Source: a virus
IMG/VR virus record: IMGVR_UViG_3300045988_174698
Length of the DNA stretch: 64,000 nucleotides
Direction: 5' to 3' (one strand)
Shown here: positions 23,563 through 35,513 of the stretch, in pieces
How positions within the stretch are numbered: position 1 is the stretch's first letter
Layout of the letters: every line of letters begins with the position of its first letter
The notes under the pieces: generated by a model
Told to the model about the DNA's origin: nothing
Databases searched by the model: none
Seen by the model: the letters and a program-made list of their open reading frames with translations, nothing else
Position numbers and translations under genes: made by a program

Positions 23563-24077
23563 TACTTACCTGTTGATCCAAATCCACCACGAGAATAGGA
23601 ATCTAAATTATCAACCCATTCAAACTTGATTTTAGAAGTAAATAACCACTTAATTTTTTGCCAAATAGTAGCCTTCTGACTTAGTTGAATTCTAAATTGA
23701 CAAATACGATCTCCCTTTTTAATAACAGTACGTTCTAAAGAAATTGCAGGAAATTTCCATTCATCATCATTTCCAGAGTAAGTATTATCGATAATTCCAA
23801 GGGAATTAGATTGAACTATTTTAAAATTCTTAAATGTACTGCTTCGAGGTACTATATGAGCCTCAAATCCTTTTGGAAGAATCATAGCAAATCCGAGTCG
23901 TATAAGACAACTATCAAACGACACATCTCTAAATCGCTTACCATTTAACTCATATTGTACCCCAGCTTGCGGTGCTACAAGTTCTATATCTTCGGCTGCA
24001 TGGAGATCAATCCAATCTCCTTTTTCAATAATTTCAAATTTACTCCCTTCAATAATTTCTTTAACTTTAATCCTCAT
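23562..24077 (-). CDS. dut: dUTPase (trimeric dUTP diphosphatase)
   Basis: PRSSTFKNF, GIIDNTYSGNDDEW and the C-terminal RGGFGSTGK match dUTPase motifs. Confidence 0.75.
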   Translation of the reverse strand: MRIKVKEIIEGSKFEIIEKGDWIDLHAAEDIELVAPQAGVQYELNGKRFRDVSFDSCLIRLGFAMILPKGFEAHIVPRSSTFKNFKIVQSNSLGIIDNTYSGNDDEWKFPAISLERTVIKKGDRICQFRIQLSQKATIWQKIKWLFTSKIKFEWVDNLDSYSRGGFGSTGK

Positions 24078-24438
24078 ATATATGTTTATTTAAATATTTA
24101 TTTACAACGGATAGTATTTCATGTAACGTATCCCACTCATCATCATTCAAATCAAGATATCTATCAGATACAAATTCTGCTATATAATCATCATTATATT
24201 CGTTATATCTGAAAATTAATATAGTATAACAATTTTCCTTTGACTTAAAACAGCTTTTGTGTACTCTGACAGAATGAGTTCCGTCTAAATAAAATTCACC
24301 TTGTTTTTCAAAATTTGACTCAGTGCCATAATAACTATTCGGATAATACTTTACAATTTCAAATGAAATATATTTAGGTAATTCTCCAATATATGTACAT
24401 GGTTTGAATTCTAAATTTTTTATTCTATATGTTTCCAT
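24067..24438 (-). CDS. Hypothetical protein
   Basis: ORF track only. Confidence 0.3.
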   Translation of the reverse strand: METYRIKNLEFKPCTYIGELPKYISFEIVKYYPNSYYGTESNFEKQGEFYLDGTHSVRVHKSCFKSKENCYTILIFRYNEYNDDYIAEFVSDRYLDLNDDEWDTLHEILSVVNKYLNKHIYED

Positions 24439-24474
24439 ACTTATATCTTAAATAAAATATTAGTTACAACGACT

Positions 24475-27000
24475 TCAGCCGCAGGACATACAGCTTACAC
24501 ATCCTGAAGTAGCAACCAATGGTTCCCCACATTCTGGACATACGTTTTTATTATCATGATTGGCATTTATTGAAGGTTTTGTATCTGGAACACTAATCTG
24601 CTCTTTTTGAGGAATTTTTACATTATCTTTTATAGCTTCTGTAATTACTCTTGATATAATATCTGGGCATGACAAACCATCAATATTAATTTTTCTAGCC
24701 TTACATGTACTACAAGCAGGACAATTAATTCCTCTTATCTGATCAATTATCTCATCGACTTTAACACCACTTCTAAGATTAAGAGAAATTAATCTTGTTA
24801 CAGCATTCATGTTAGCTTGACAGATACCACCTTTAGATGTATGTGTGAACACTTCTACAAGATTACCCTTATTATCCTTATTGCAAGTTATATATAATGT
24901 TCCACATGCACATTTTTTACAAAAAGTTGCACCATGTGTTGTACCAAGTGTTTTGCGTGAAACTGGTGCAATGGAATCAAATTTGAAAGATTGTTTTTCT
25001 TCTTCAACTTTAATAGATTCCCCCATAATAGCTGGTCTACTATTTTCCCTAAATATCGTTAACCCTTTTAAACCAGCTTTCCATCCAGCTAAATATAATT
25101 TTTCTACATATTCTTGTGATGTATCTTTCTTAAGATTAATTGTAGAACTTATTGCTGTATCAATATACTTTTGTAATGCTGCTTGAAGCTTTATACGATC
25201 ATATGAATCAATATCATATGCTGTTACAAGAATATCATCATCTATAGAAGAATTAGGAACAGAATCAAGATATTCTTTTACAATTTTAGCATAAACATCA
25301 TATACCTTTTCTTCTTTATTAAGAGATACTGTTTTTCTCTGAAATTTCTTCATAAACAGGGGTTCCAAACCGCCCGATACTCCAAGCATAGTTGAAATTG
25401 ACCCAGTTGGTGCTATCGAAAGTAGTGAACAGTTTCTAAGACCAAATTTTTTCATTTTTTCAAGTTCATCGCTTGAAAAGGCTTCTTTCATTATACTAGA
25501 TTCAAATACCTTGTCTGAATAGCCAGGAAATGTTCCAAGTTCTTTAGCAAGATCATATGAGGTAAATACAGAATTTCTGAAAATAAGTCTCATAATATTT
25601 TCTGCAAGTTTTATCGACTCTAGGCTTCCATATTTAATATTCAATTTTATAAACATATCATGAAGTCCCATAATTCCTATGCCAAGGTTTCGGTATTTAG
25701 CAATTTGTTCTTGTTGTTCCTTAAGAGGGTGGTTATGAAGATTTTCATCTATAATCCTATCCATTTCCCTAACAATAATCTTTATATCTGAAACTAGTTC
25801 AGAATAATTAACTGTTGCAAATTTTGTAAAAGGATCTTTTACATATTCAGATAGATTTATTGAGGATAAGTTACAGGACATATTTTTTGGCAAAGGTTGT
25901 TCCTATATATTACCTATTTAGCTTTTTATCTAGATATTCTGGAAGTTTCCTTCATACTCTTTATTGCCATTAGAGATACGTCTGTCAATTCAGACCAGTT
26001 TAGCATATATTTTCACTATAAAGTGTTGGGCACTCTTGGTGGAATTATATTTATTCATCCACTATGCGTTACAATGTTTCATAGCCTATTCGTAATCTAT
26101 GAAATTATCTCGGTATTATCATGCAATAATTTGTTTAGACTTCACCGATTTTACCCAATTTTTTACATGAGGCAAACAATACAACTAACTGATAACCAGC
26201 CATTTACTACCACATGGATTACTAGTATCTATTTGATACTCAGTAATATACTCCATCAAATTATAATTTCTGAATCTATTCATAAACATGACTCCAGGCT
26301 CTGCATGTTCATATGCATTTTTCATCATAAGTTTATAAATTTCAATTGGAGTTATATCATAATCAGGATATCCCTTAAACTTAGATTTAATATGAAGGGT
26401 TATAACTTCTCCTGTCTCATAAAACTTATCTACGGCATTCATAAAGTTATCATCAACTTCCACAGAAAGGTTTGCATTATTGATCTTTCCAAGATTGCTT
26501 TTAATAGTTATGAAATCTTTTATTTGTGGATGATCTGCTGAAAGAGACATCATTAATGCGCCTTTACGTGATCCACCCTGAGAAACAGAAGCAGTTACAG
26601 TATTAAATATCTCCATAAATGGAACAATACCATCTGTTTCATATCCTGAAGAAAGTTTTGATCCTTTTGGACGAATATCAGATAAAGATAATCCTTGACC
26701 TCCCTGAGCTTTGAACGTTAATCCTATATTTTTTGCCGTTTGAAGAATATCATCAAGATTATCTGCAATTTTACCAGACGAGTAGCAATTTGAGTACGAA
26801 GCCTGTCTGTCTGTTTGTCTGTTTGATAGAGTTCTTCCTCCAAATAAGAACTTTTTAGCAACAATTAACTTTCTTAGTTCTTCATTTCCACCACTAACTC
26901 TATCAAACCACTCGTCTAAAGACTCATTATTATATCTATACTTTTTATTTCAAATATCAATTCCTAATTGATCATTATTAAGCCATTCTTCAACAGTCAT
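24475..27000 (-). CDS. Ribonucleotide reductase catalytic subunit (class II-like, C-terminal Cys-rich zinc ribbon), split by a group I intron: exon 1 at 27000..26199, exon 2 at 25912..24475
   Basis: The N-terminus reads ...VPFMEIFNTVTASVSQGGSRKGA. Exon 1 ends ...SNPCG and exon 2 starts EQPLPKNMSCNLSSINL, reconstituting NPCGE...CNLxSINL. PTGSISTMLGVSGGLEP and the C-terminal CPECG...C..C are also RNR features. Confidence 0.7.
25913..26198 (-). mobile_element. ORF-less group I intron (family R, copy 4) at the NPCG|E active-site codons of RNR
   Basis: The 5' exon ends TGT GGT| (T at -1) and the intron ends ...ATATAG| (G). It contains the family blocks ...AGCATATATTTTCAC..., CACTATGCGTTACAATG and CTCGGTATTATCATGC. 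Confidence 0.65.
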
Positions 27001-27023
27001 ATATTATATACTTAATTAATAAT

Positions 27024-27596
27024 TTATTCAAACTCTCTATTTTTTCTTTTACTTATTCTCACATCTGCTTCATCTACTCCAAACACAATATACTGACCTA
27101 ATTGAGTTCGTACTGAAGGAGTATATTCCATCTCAAAATCAATATCACTAGAATAGTACACTGTTTTCCCATATATATTCTCTTGACACTTCTTTATTAG
27201 TTCTTTTGATAACTCTATTGCTTCTGTTTTATTACTAGCAGTTCCTAAGAGTTGATTATCTTTTTGAGTTCGAATTTCTATAACCCGCTTAAGTTTACAA
27301 CGACCTTTTCTACGGACACTGTTAATTTTAAAAGGATTTTTTCTAGTATCTTCAACTCCAGAAGTAACGGTAATAATTATACCTGCTCCTTTAAAATCAA
27401 ACATACCCTTTTCCTCTAAAAAATCTGCGGCGTATATATTTAAGTCTTTCGTAAGTATAGGAGAGCCTGCTTTCTTCCAATTTTTTGTAGCATCTTGTAC
27501 TACGGTAATACCTGCTTGAAAAGCTATAAGTTTTGCCTCCTCTAAGGAGTGAGCTTGAATTTCTATCTTCTGCATACTAAACAAATATAATATCAT
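27024..27596 (-). CDS. Hypothetical protein
   Basis: ORF track only. Confidence 0.35.
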   Translation of the reverse strand: MILYLFSMQKIEIQAHSLEEAKLIAFQAGITVVQDATKNWKKAGSPILTKDLNIYAADFLEEKGMFDFKGAGIIITVTSGVEDTRKNPFKINSVRRKGRCKLKRVIEIRTQKDNQLLGTASNKTEAIELSKELIKKCQENIYGKTVYYSSDIDFEMEYTPSVRTQLGQYIVFGVDEADVRISKRKNREFE

Positions 27597-28617
27597 CGGA
27601 ATAATAATTCATCTCACAATATGCAACCATCTTAAGAAGTTTACAAAATTCTTTACGCCCTTGTTCTAGTACCTCCTTGTTAATTGGGTATACTCCAACA
27701 CTATTAGTAGATGTAGTTTCAACAACAATAACATTACATTTTACAGTTCATTCTTCTGAATTGTATCCATACTTTTTTTCACAATATCTAAGTAGAACTC
27801 AAATATAATATGCGAATTGTCTTGAATAAGAAAATATTTCAAATGATCCACCAGGTTCCATAAATTGATATAATAAATGACCTGTTGTTTTTAAATCATT
27901 TAAGGTGATAATTTTATTTTCAAGATCAATTGTTCAATTATCAGCTTTCATTTTAAGCTTAAGAGTATGTTGATTACCATTATAAGATGCGTTTATATCA
28001 ATAAAGAATGCTTCCTCATTATATGTTTCAATAGCATCTCCAAAGATATCAGTAGGATATAATAGATTATTTACTTGTCTATTAGAATTAAGATTATTAA
28101 TACACTTTTCTACTGTATCTCGATCCTTAGATGATAGAATAATAGTATTATTATCTGTTATAAGTTTAAGATTATAGTAATATCTAAACCCATCTTTAAT
28201 AATACTTTTTATTCTAGAAGGGGTTAAGCTTAATTCATAATAATGTATCTTTCCACAAGCTTCTACTATGGCACTATATATAGGTAGATTCTTTTTTCGT
28301 AGCTTAAATATTTCATCAATTACCAGTCCTAACTTAGCTGAGGGTTTACCTATGTCTGGGCCTAAAGTAAAGACATCTTTCTGGAGTAGTAGTTCATGGA
28401 TTGCACTGCCAATACTTAATGATATTGTGGTTTCTCCAGTAAATCCTTCTTTATATTTGCTTGGAGACCCATTTTGATTAGGATTAATCAACTTTAAACG
28501 AGAATTTGATATATAGTTGGTATATTTACTTGAAAAATATTCCTCATCAGACATTTTCTCACGACGGACACTTTCTAAATTAGGAGATAGTTTTATATCA
28601 TTTAAATTAACTGTCAT
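27581..28617 (-). CDS. Hypothetical protein (possible nuclease), one TGA at 27934
   Basis: ORF 27934..28617 extends through a TGA to a TAG near 27581. Confidence 0.35.
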
Positions 28618-29043
28618 AATGTTTTATAAAGTGGTACTTATTATTAGAAATACCCATAAGAACTTTGTTAGCTTCTTCTACTTTATATTGTGAAACTAAA
28701 TTATATTTAACTTTCAAGTTTCCTTTTTGGTCTATCATCTTCTATCTTTGTATCTCCTGTTTTATTCATATTAACTAAAGCAGTTAAAAATAGCTCGCAT
28801 AGTCTCGCAGAAAGACCTAAATTTGCTTTTAAATCTGTGATTTTTGGTTCAAAGGAAGGTTTATAGTCCAAGTTTCCTTTATCGTCTAGACTAAAATCTA
28901 GAACGATTTTCTGTCCTGTGCTGTGAATAAATTCTACTTTACAAGTTTCCATATTTCTTAATTAATTCATAAAAAAAATCTTTCGGTATCATAACCACTT
29001 CTCCAACTGACCTAAATGTAGACTCTGTTGGTTTAATTTTTTT

Positions 29044-29358
29044 TCAAAAGATAACAAATGGTTTATCTTTAAAAGGACATGAGTTTAAAATTCCAAAATA
29101 ATCTGGAGTATTAATAGTTGCTTTTAACTGAGGATTAAAAAATAGTTTATTTTCAACATCAACTAAATCAACCTTTCTATCATCCATACTTTTACTTTCT
29201 GATCTAGAGGTAACAACACCTGTAAAACCAAGGTCTCGTAACTCTTTTGCTATCTGTACCTCATAAGCATTTCCTCTAGCTCTATTCCTCTTTAAATTTC
29301 TTGATTTCTTCTCTTTCCCCCTCTGATTTTCCTTTAATATATTCTTTTGCGCTTTCAA
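29044..29358 (-). CDS. Hjc-like PD-(D/E)xK Holliday-junction resolvase-like nuclease
   Basis: RGNAYEVQIAKELRDLGF..VTSRSESKS..KVDLV resembles archaeal Hjc. Confidence 0.4.
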   Translation of the reverse strand: MKAQKNILKENQRGKEKKSRNLKRNRARGNAYEVQIAKELRDLGFTGVVTSRSESKSMDDRKVDLVDVENKLFFNPQLKATINTPDYFGILNSCPFKDKPFVIF

Positions 29359-30319
29359 TTAGACTAACAGTTTTATCATGTTTATATTTGGCATAAAAGT
29401 CAGATATATCTTTAGCTTTATATTCTCAAGGTATTCATATTGGAATAACTTCAGGGAATTTCTTTTTAATAGATATCATTGCTCTCAATCCTGGACGATC
29501 ATTATCATATAATAAGATTATATGTTTAAATCTTTCTTTAAGACGATGATATTGAGCCTCAGATAAGAAACAATTTTCTGATATTGGGGCTATTGCGGGA
29601 ATTCCTAAATTATACAATGTCATTACATCTTTTAATGACTTAGTAACAACAAGATATTCTCCCATTTTTGGTAACATGTGAGATCCTTGTAGTCTTAGTG
29701 ATTTTCAATTAGATATAAATTTATATTTTCTATTATTAGGGAAATAAATCCGTCAACGTTCAATATCTTCTCTTATACCTCCATAATATCCAAATACTAA
29801 TTGTTTATCTTTAAACAAATGAAACAAATTATTATTAAGGAATACATTTTTACAAGAAAATACCTTGAACTTGTTTAGTGTTCGCAAATCAATACCAAAC
29901 TTAGCCCATCAATCTAACTCATATTGTTCGAAATCTTTTATTTCAACTTGAATAATAGCATCAGTAGTATCTTCAAGTTTTGTATTAGAATACTTAATCT
30001 CCTGCGGTATATTATTTTGTCTGGGAATTAAACCTATATCACTTGCAACTATGTTTAATGCCTTATAATACCCACAGCCATATTTATTCATAACCACATA
30101 TACTCAATCTCCGCAATAATTACTTCCAAAGTCTTTTATAATAATCCTACCCATGCGATTTTTATAATATGCTACAGTAGGTTTTGAATCGTTTCTTACT
30201 TTAGACCTAAAAAGACCCTTTTTTACAGGTTGCCCATAATAAGTATACATTAATGTTTCTTGAGAAACCTTAGATTCAATTAAATCTCTAGTTATAACAG
30301 CAGGAAACTTGTATTCCAT
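29282..30319 (-). CDS. DnaG-type DNA primase with Toprim domain (several TGA codons)
   Basis: ORFs 30104..30319, 29909..30097 and 29435..29677 share a frame. The Toprim segment is HIILLYDNDRPGLRAM. Stop TAG at 29282-29284. Confidence 0.55.
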
Positions 30320-30438
30320 ATCTTACCTCTTTATACATAAGTTTACGATTATTTATAATATAATGTACAAGCATACTTCTTTCAGTAACGAAGAAGATAT
30401 GCTTGTACATGCGTCATATAACTATAACTTATTTATTA

Positions 30439-31101
30439 TTAGAAAGGCAGATCACTGTCGTCATTGTTCATACTATCTTCTTGAGGAGAAAAGTCTTCAC
30501 GCAGATCATCAAGTTCATTATTACGTTGGCGCATATCAGTAGGCTTTGCATTTGCTGCACTGTCAATAGCTGTTTTTTCTTTTGCGGTTAATACAAGATC
30601 ATGACCAATTATTTTTGTAGTCATATAAATTGCGTTATCCTTACTGAGACGTGCTACAAACCCAGGAAAACCTACAAAGTTCCCAGTAGTTGGCACAAGC
30701 TTAATTTGTGTCTGAGTTCCAACTTTCTTATCAAGATATTTCTTAAGAAGAGCAATGAAGGAGTCAAAATCTGGAGCAGCAAACTTATCTCCATCTGCTT
30801 CAATCTTATGTGCAAGTTCAGGATCAAGAGCATCAATTACTTGCTTGATTTTACACATAAACTGCTCAGATTCAGATGGATTTGTACCATATTGACTTTG
30901 GGTTCTTTCTTCTGAGCGGGGTTCGAAAATTCGTTCATTGTGAATACCACTACCATCTACTGCCTCAAAACGAAGTTCAATTGCATTAAATCCATCCGCT
31001 TTATCAATTCCTTTAAAGATTACATTGTGAATTCCAGCACGAAGGAAATTATTAGATACTACCTTAGCGTCCTTGACGCCACCCATATTAAACATACTCA
31101 T
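30439..31101 (-). CDS. ssb: Single-stranded DNA-binding protein with acidic C-terminal tail ending DLPF
   Basis: The C-terminus ...NNDDSDLPF resembles the conserved DDDIPF tail of bacterial SSBs. Confidence 0.55.
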   Translation of the reverse strand: MSMFNMGGVKDAKVVSNNFLRAGIHNVIFKGIDKADGFNAIELRFEAVDGSGIHNERIFEPRSEERTQSQYGTNPSESEQFMCKIKQVIDALDPELAHKIEADGDKFAAPDFDSFIALLKKYLDKKVGTQTQIKLVPTTGNFVGFPGFVARLSKDNAIYMTTKIIGHDLVLTAKEKTAIDSAANAKPTDMRQRNNELDDLREDFSPQEDSMNNDDSDLPF

Positions 31102-31108
31102 ATTATTA

Positions 31109-31564
31109 TTAAATTAAAGTTAATTCATTATTTTCAGTAATTAAACTAAGATCAGCGGGGATGAGGTCTGCCTCGTTAATTGGATCCATTCTAAACATCC
31201 CAGGTTTATACTCCTTAATTTTAAACAACTGACCATATTTAGTTAAGATTGTTTTCTGTGTTCCCTTAAAAGACACAGTATTGTTCTTGCTTACTTTATT
31301 ACCAGCATTTGGATCAGCAAAAGCTTCCGCTTTACCAATTACAGGAATTGTAATTTCATTATTTTTTTGAATATAATTCACAGCAATTCTATCTCCATAT
31401 TTGACTGACATAAGTTCTATTGCTTTAGGGGAGATAATTAGTCTACTATCTTCAACTTCAACAACTGGTAAGTTTATGTTATCATACTTAGGAGGTACAT
31501 CTACTACCTTAACGTTAGTAACAGCCCGTGATTCTATATCAAAATCAAAAGATATTTTTAACAT
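31109..31564 (-). CDS. Hypothetical protein
   Basis: ORF track only. Confidence 0.3.
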   Translation of the reverse strand: MLKISFDFDIESRAVTNVKVVDVPPKYDNINLPVVEVEDSRLIISPKAIELMSVKYGDRIAVNYIQKNNEITIPVIGKAEAFADPNAGNKVSKNNTVSFKGTQKTILTKYGQLFKIKEYKPGMFRMDPINEADLIPADLSLITENNELTLI

Positions 31565-31571
31565 AAAATTT

Positions 31572-32312
31572 CTATTTTACAAGAGATGGGTAAATACGTT
31601 CCCAATGTGGTACAAATGTTCCATCTTCTTTACGTTCAGCAATAATAATATCTTTACCAGCTAAATGTTTGCATCGAGACCCAGTTAAGATTTCACCATT
31701 GTTTCCAAAATTAACACATAAATTACCATCTAGATCTCTATGACAGAACCCAATACCATCTGACTTAGCGGAAAGAATTCGTTTTGTTTTTCCAACAAGA
31801 TCAAGATCTTTTACACTACCTTCAAGTCCCTCGTTCAATGATATACCTTTTACATGGCCACATAAGATGATATTTGGAGCACATTTTGATACCATATCAA
31901 TAATCTTTTCTAAGGCTAAGCGCGTCCACATATATCCCTGACCAGAAGGGAGATGAGTTACATCCGTAACATCGGCGTATTTATCACTATACACAGGAGA
32001 AGCCTTATATAAATTCAAAGCTAGAGGTTTTACCATTTCCTCTAGAGCAGTAATAGTATCAATCGTTATGTACTTATAAGGCTTCCCTGCATCGATAATT
32101 GCTTTACAGACCTCTTTAATTTCTTTAACTGTATTTACTTTAATCTTAAGTGCATCGATGTAATCAGTTCCTGACTCACAATCGATAATTAGATTGTTAT
32201 CAAGAGTTGAAAGAGTTGTAGTCTTCCCGCACTTTGGCAATCCATAGAGAATCAAGTACTTAGGGTCTTGTGTAGATGCTGGAATTTTACTTTTTGGTAA
32301 TTCAATAGCCAT
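31572..32312 (-). CDS. RecA-fold P-loop ATPase (Sak4/AAA_24-like recombination ATPase)
   Basis: Walker A is YGLPKCGKTT and Walker B-like is YITIDTITAL, in the context of the replication module. Confidence 0.45.
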   Translation of the reverse strand: MAIELPKSKIPASTQDPKYLILYGLPKCGKTTTLSTLDNNLIIDCESGTDYIDALKIKVNTVKEIKEVCKAIIDAGKPYKYITIDTITALEEMVKPLALNLYKASPVYSDKYADVTDVTHLPSGQGYMWTRLALEKIIDMVSKCAPNIILCGHVKGISLNEGLEGSVKDLDLVGKTKRILSAKSDGIGFCHRDLDGNLCVNFGNNGEILTGSRCKHLAGKDIIIAERKEDGTFVPHWERIYPSLVK

Positions 32313-32395
32313 ATTTAAAAACTAAATTTATTTTTATTTCTGATATCTTTTACTTCTGTATCTTTTACAGTTGCATCTTTTATTTCTTTTTCTCT

Positions 32396-34860
32396 TCATG
32401 AAAGATAATCTTCATAATTTATTTCATCAGATTTAGGTAAAGGATAGAACATACCAATACTACCTTTGAAAGCAGACATGATAATTCTATTAGAAATACC
32501 ATATCTATTTTTAAGAATAATAATAGATCTACAAATATCTTGTAAACCATATCCTTCGTTATCATCCATTATTTTATATCCTCTATAACTTTTTAGTTGG
32601 GTTTTAAATGGACTAAATAATGCAATACAAATATCAGCAGCTTGTAATGGTTCACCTGACTGTTGAATTTCATCCGCAGTAGGCTCTTCCATACCAGCTT
32701 TTCTCCTATCCATAGTTGTACTATTTCTATTTTCTTGCATTATAATATCAAAACTAGTCTGACATAGTTCTCTAAATCTGACACAATAAGTTGATATAAG
32801 ATCCATTTCTTCTTTTTTAGTTCTCCCTTTTTGAGGATTTACTAAAAGTAAATGATCAATAACAACATTAACTATTTGATTAGGATTATTTGGGGTATAT
32901 ATAGTTCTTTTTCCATCAGGACTTTTTTGAAAGGTTCCTAAACTTTTGTGGAGTTCCATCATTTCTGCATAAAAAGAATCTGCAGAGAGCTGTTTATCAT
33001 ATATAATAAACTTATGACTTATAGATTCTAATCACTCACGAGCTTCAATTACATACTTATGTATATCATCTGGTAACTTATTAGTAAATGACATTAATTG
33101 CATATATGTAACTTCAATACCATAAGTTTCATATAAATATAAGCTTAATAATTTCGCCAACAATGTATTAGCACTTAGTTCAAGAGAAAAATAAACTATA
33201 ATTATATCTTTATCTGGATAATCTTTTAAAATACGATATATATCTGTATATATAACAAAAGAGCTTTTCAATTTGTTATCTTACTTGCTTTTTATCAAGT
33301 AATTCTTATAGTTTCCTATAAGTTCAGCATATATTTTCATCTCTTTGAGATGTCGGATACTCTTGGGAAAATTATATTCTGTATAACAGGTTCATTTCCT
33401 ATGCGTTACAATATAAAATAACTGTTAAATTACTTTATTATCTCGGGGTTAACATGCTTATATACAAAATTTGGATAATTATTCTGTACATATAGTTTAG
33501 CCTTCTCCGATATTACCCGATCATTATCTCTAAAATCACTTTTAGAGACGGCAAAATTATGATTTTTAAAACACAAATATCTATAATATTTCCTATTTAA
33601 ATAAATTGTAGAATTTTCATAAATTCACTGTAAAAATTTAATACTATTATTTATATTACTTTTTATATCAAATATTAGATCACTTGTTTTATTTGCAACA
33701 TATCATGTTCATGAAGTATTTGAATATACTTCTATATTTTGTAAAATATTTTTAGTTCCAACAATACAACATCTTGGTTTAAAAATATTTTTACTACCTC
33801 CATAAGATAAACATCCATCACCATCAAAATATCCTCTAATAAAATGTCTTATTAAATCTTTAGATTTAAAAATATTTTCATCAGGAAATTTTAAGACATA
33901 ACTTTTATTTGGAACACATCCTTTTTCTATTAGAGCATCTTTAATATGTTTACAAGAAATAGCAAATCTACATCGTTGCAATTTATTATCAGTTCTTGGT
34001 AATCTGAAAATATTTAAGGCACTATATAATTTTTCTAGATGTTCAATATCATCAATATGTAAATCACATGAGATATGGTAAGAATTTGTAGAAACATTAC
34101 CATCAGCATATAAAAATCCCAATCAATATGCTTTTGTTTCTGTGTCTATTACATCAAAAAATGATTCATTTACTGTTTTACGATTTAGGTTGAAATTATG
34201 TTTTTTTTAGAAACTTTGAAATAACACAACCTTGAGTATTATATAATTTACCTATTTCTTTCAGAGACATACCGTTATTAAAACAATCAATCATATTTTT
34301 TAAATCATTTAATTTAAACGTATATGATATCCTATTACTTTTATGTGATAAATAAATTCCGCATCGTTTAAATAAATTACCTAATGCAGCAGATGTACAA
34401 TTGCACAATTTAGAAACAGATTTAAGTGATATTTCAGGATTTTCATGAAATTTACATAAGGCTTCTTTAACTTTTACATCATTTACTTTATGTTTTCTAA
34501 CATTCTTAAAATAAAAATCTAAAAGAATTAAATCTACAGCTTGTTTTGAAATATTTAATTTGTTGGATATTTCAAATGAATTTAAATTTTGTTTTCTTAG
34601 TTCTATTATTTTGTTTATCATAGTAAAAATTATTTTAATTTTTACTACAAAAATAACGCAATTTATTTATATTTACAAATATCTGCGTTGGAAATTATTA
34701 ATGTTTTACCAACACTACTTTTGCTGAATATTAACTTATATACACCCTTTTTAAATCCTCCAGTATAAAAATCCAATTTTAAAAGTCCTGTTTTAAGACC
34801 TATATTTTTACCTTCTCGCCCGTCTTCTATTTTAGAATATAATTCACCTACCAAACTCAT
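32396..34860 (-). CDS. DnaB-family replicative helicase (RecA-like domain), split by a group I intron: exon 1 ~34860..34690, exon 2 at 33267..32396
   Basis: Exon 1 reads GLKTGLLKLDFYTGGFKKG...SKSSVGKTLII (Walker A). Exon 2 reads ...IIIVYFSLELSANTLLAKL... and ...GEPLQAADICIALF (DnaB IEQDADVVLFL). Confidence 0.65.
33268..34690 (-). mobile_element. Group I intron (family R, copy 2) with LAGLIDADG homing-endonuclease ORF, in the DnaB helicase; the 3' end is exact and the 5' end is approximate
   Basis: The intron ends ...ACAAATTG| and the 3' exon begins AAAAGCTC. The core blocks GTTCAGCATATATTTTCATC and CATTTCCTATGCGTTACA are shared with copy 1. Confidence 0.6.
33435..34621 (-). CDS. Intron-encoded homing endonuclease, paralog of 10123..11259 (HTH repeats plus LAGLIDADG x2: GFLYADGNV, GYFDGDGCL)
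   Basis: ORFs 34196..34621 and 33709..34122 extend through TGA to 33435. An ~80-nt stretch is nearly identical to 10400-10480. Confidence 0.65.
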
Positions 34861-35470
34861 TAAGCAGTTGTATAAACATCATAAGTACTGGTCTTACCTT
34901 GTATTCCCTTTATTTTCATTTCTTCAAATTCGTTTCACTTACAAGAAGCAACAAATTCAATAATAGGAATATGAATAAGATCGTTCATCTTAGCTCATTC
35001 TAATATTTCTAATACTTCTCGATGTTTACTTATACTATGTCCAATAGTTGATGCGTATCAAAAATAAAATTCTTGTAGGTCTCTAAATTTCTTAGAAATA
35101 TTCTTTAAACTTACAATCTTACCATTTAGATACAACGTTGTTGGATATGCATCCATTAACTCTTGTCCTAGTTCTCCAGTTAATTTGAAATACTGTTTAA
35201 TAAAGTTTTGATTAAACTCTATTTCATCAGGATCATAACAATTAGGATTATAATTTTTCTTAATAATACCTTTATCTTTGAGAGAATTAAATAAACTTTT
35301 TAATCGTTTATTACCACCGCCGTCATATCATTTTTTGAAATAAATACGATGCTCTTCGGGATTTCCATTCTCCGTTTGTGCAATAAAAGTTAAATATATT
35401 AACAAAACTTCATCAGCTGTTAACTGATATTTAGTCATAATATTTAAAATCGTATCTAACTTCATATAAT
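34860..35470 (-). CDS. Hypothetical protein upstream of DnaB (possible helicase-associated N-terminal domain or loader)
   Basis: Manual translation reads MKLDTILNIMTKYQLTADEV... through 3 TGA codons, with TAA overlapping the DnaB ATG. Confidence 0.35.
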
Positions 35471-35513
35471 ACGATTAAAAGTAAACATAACGTATTACGT
35501 TAGATCTTTTAAA

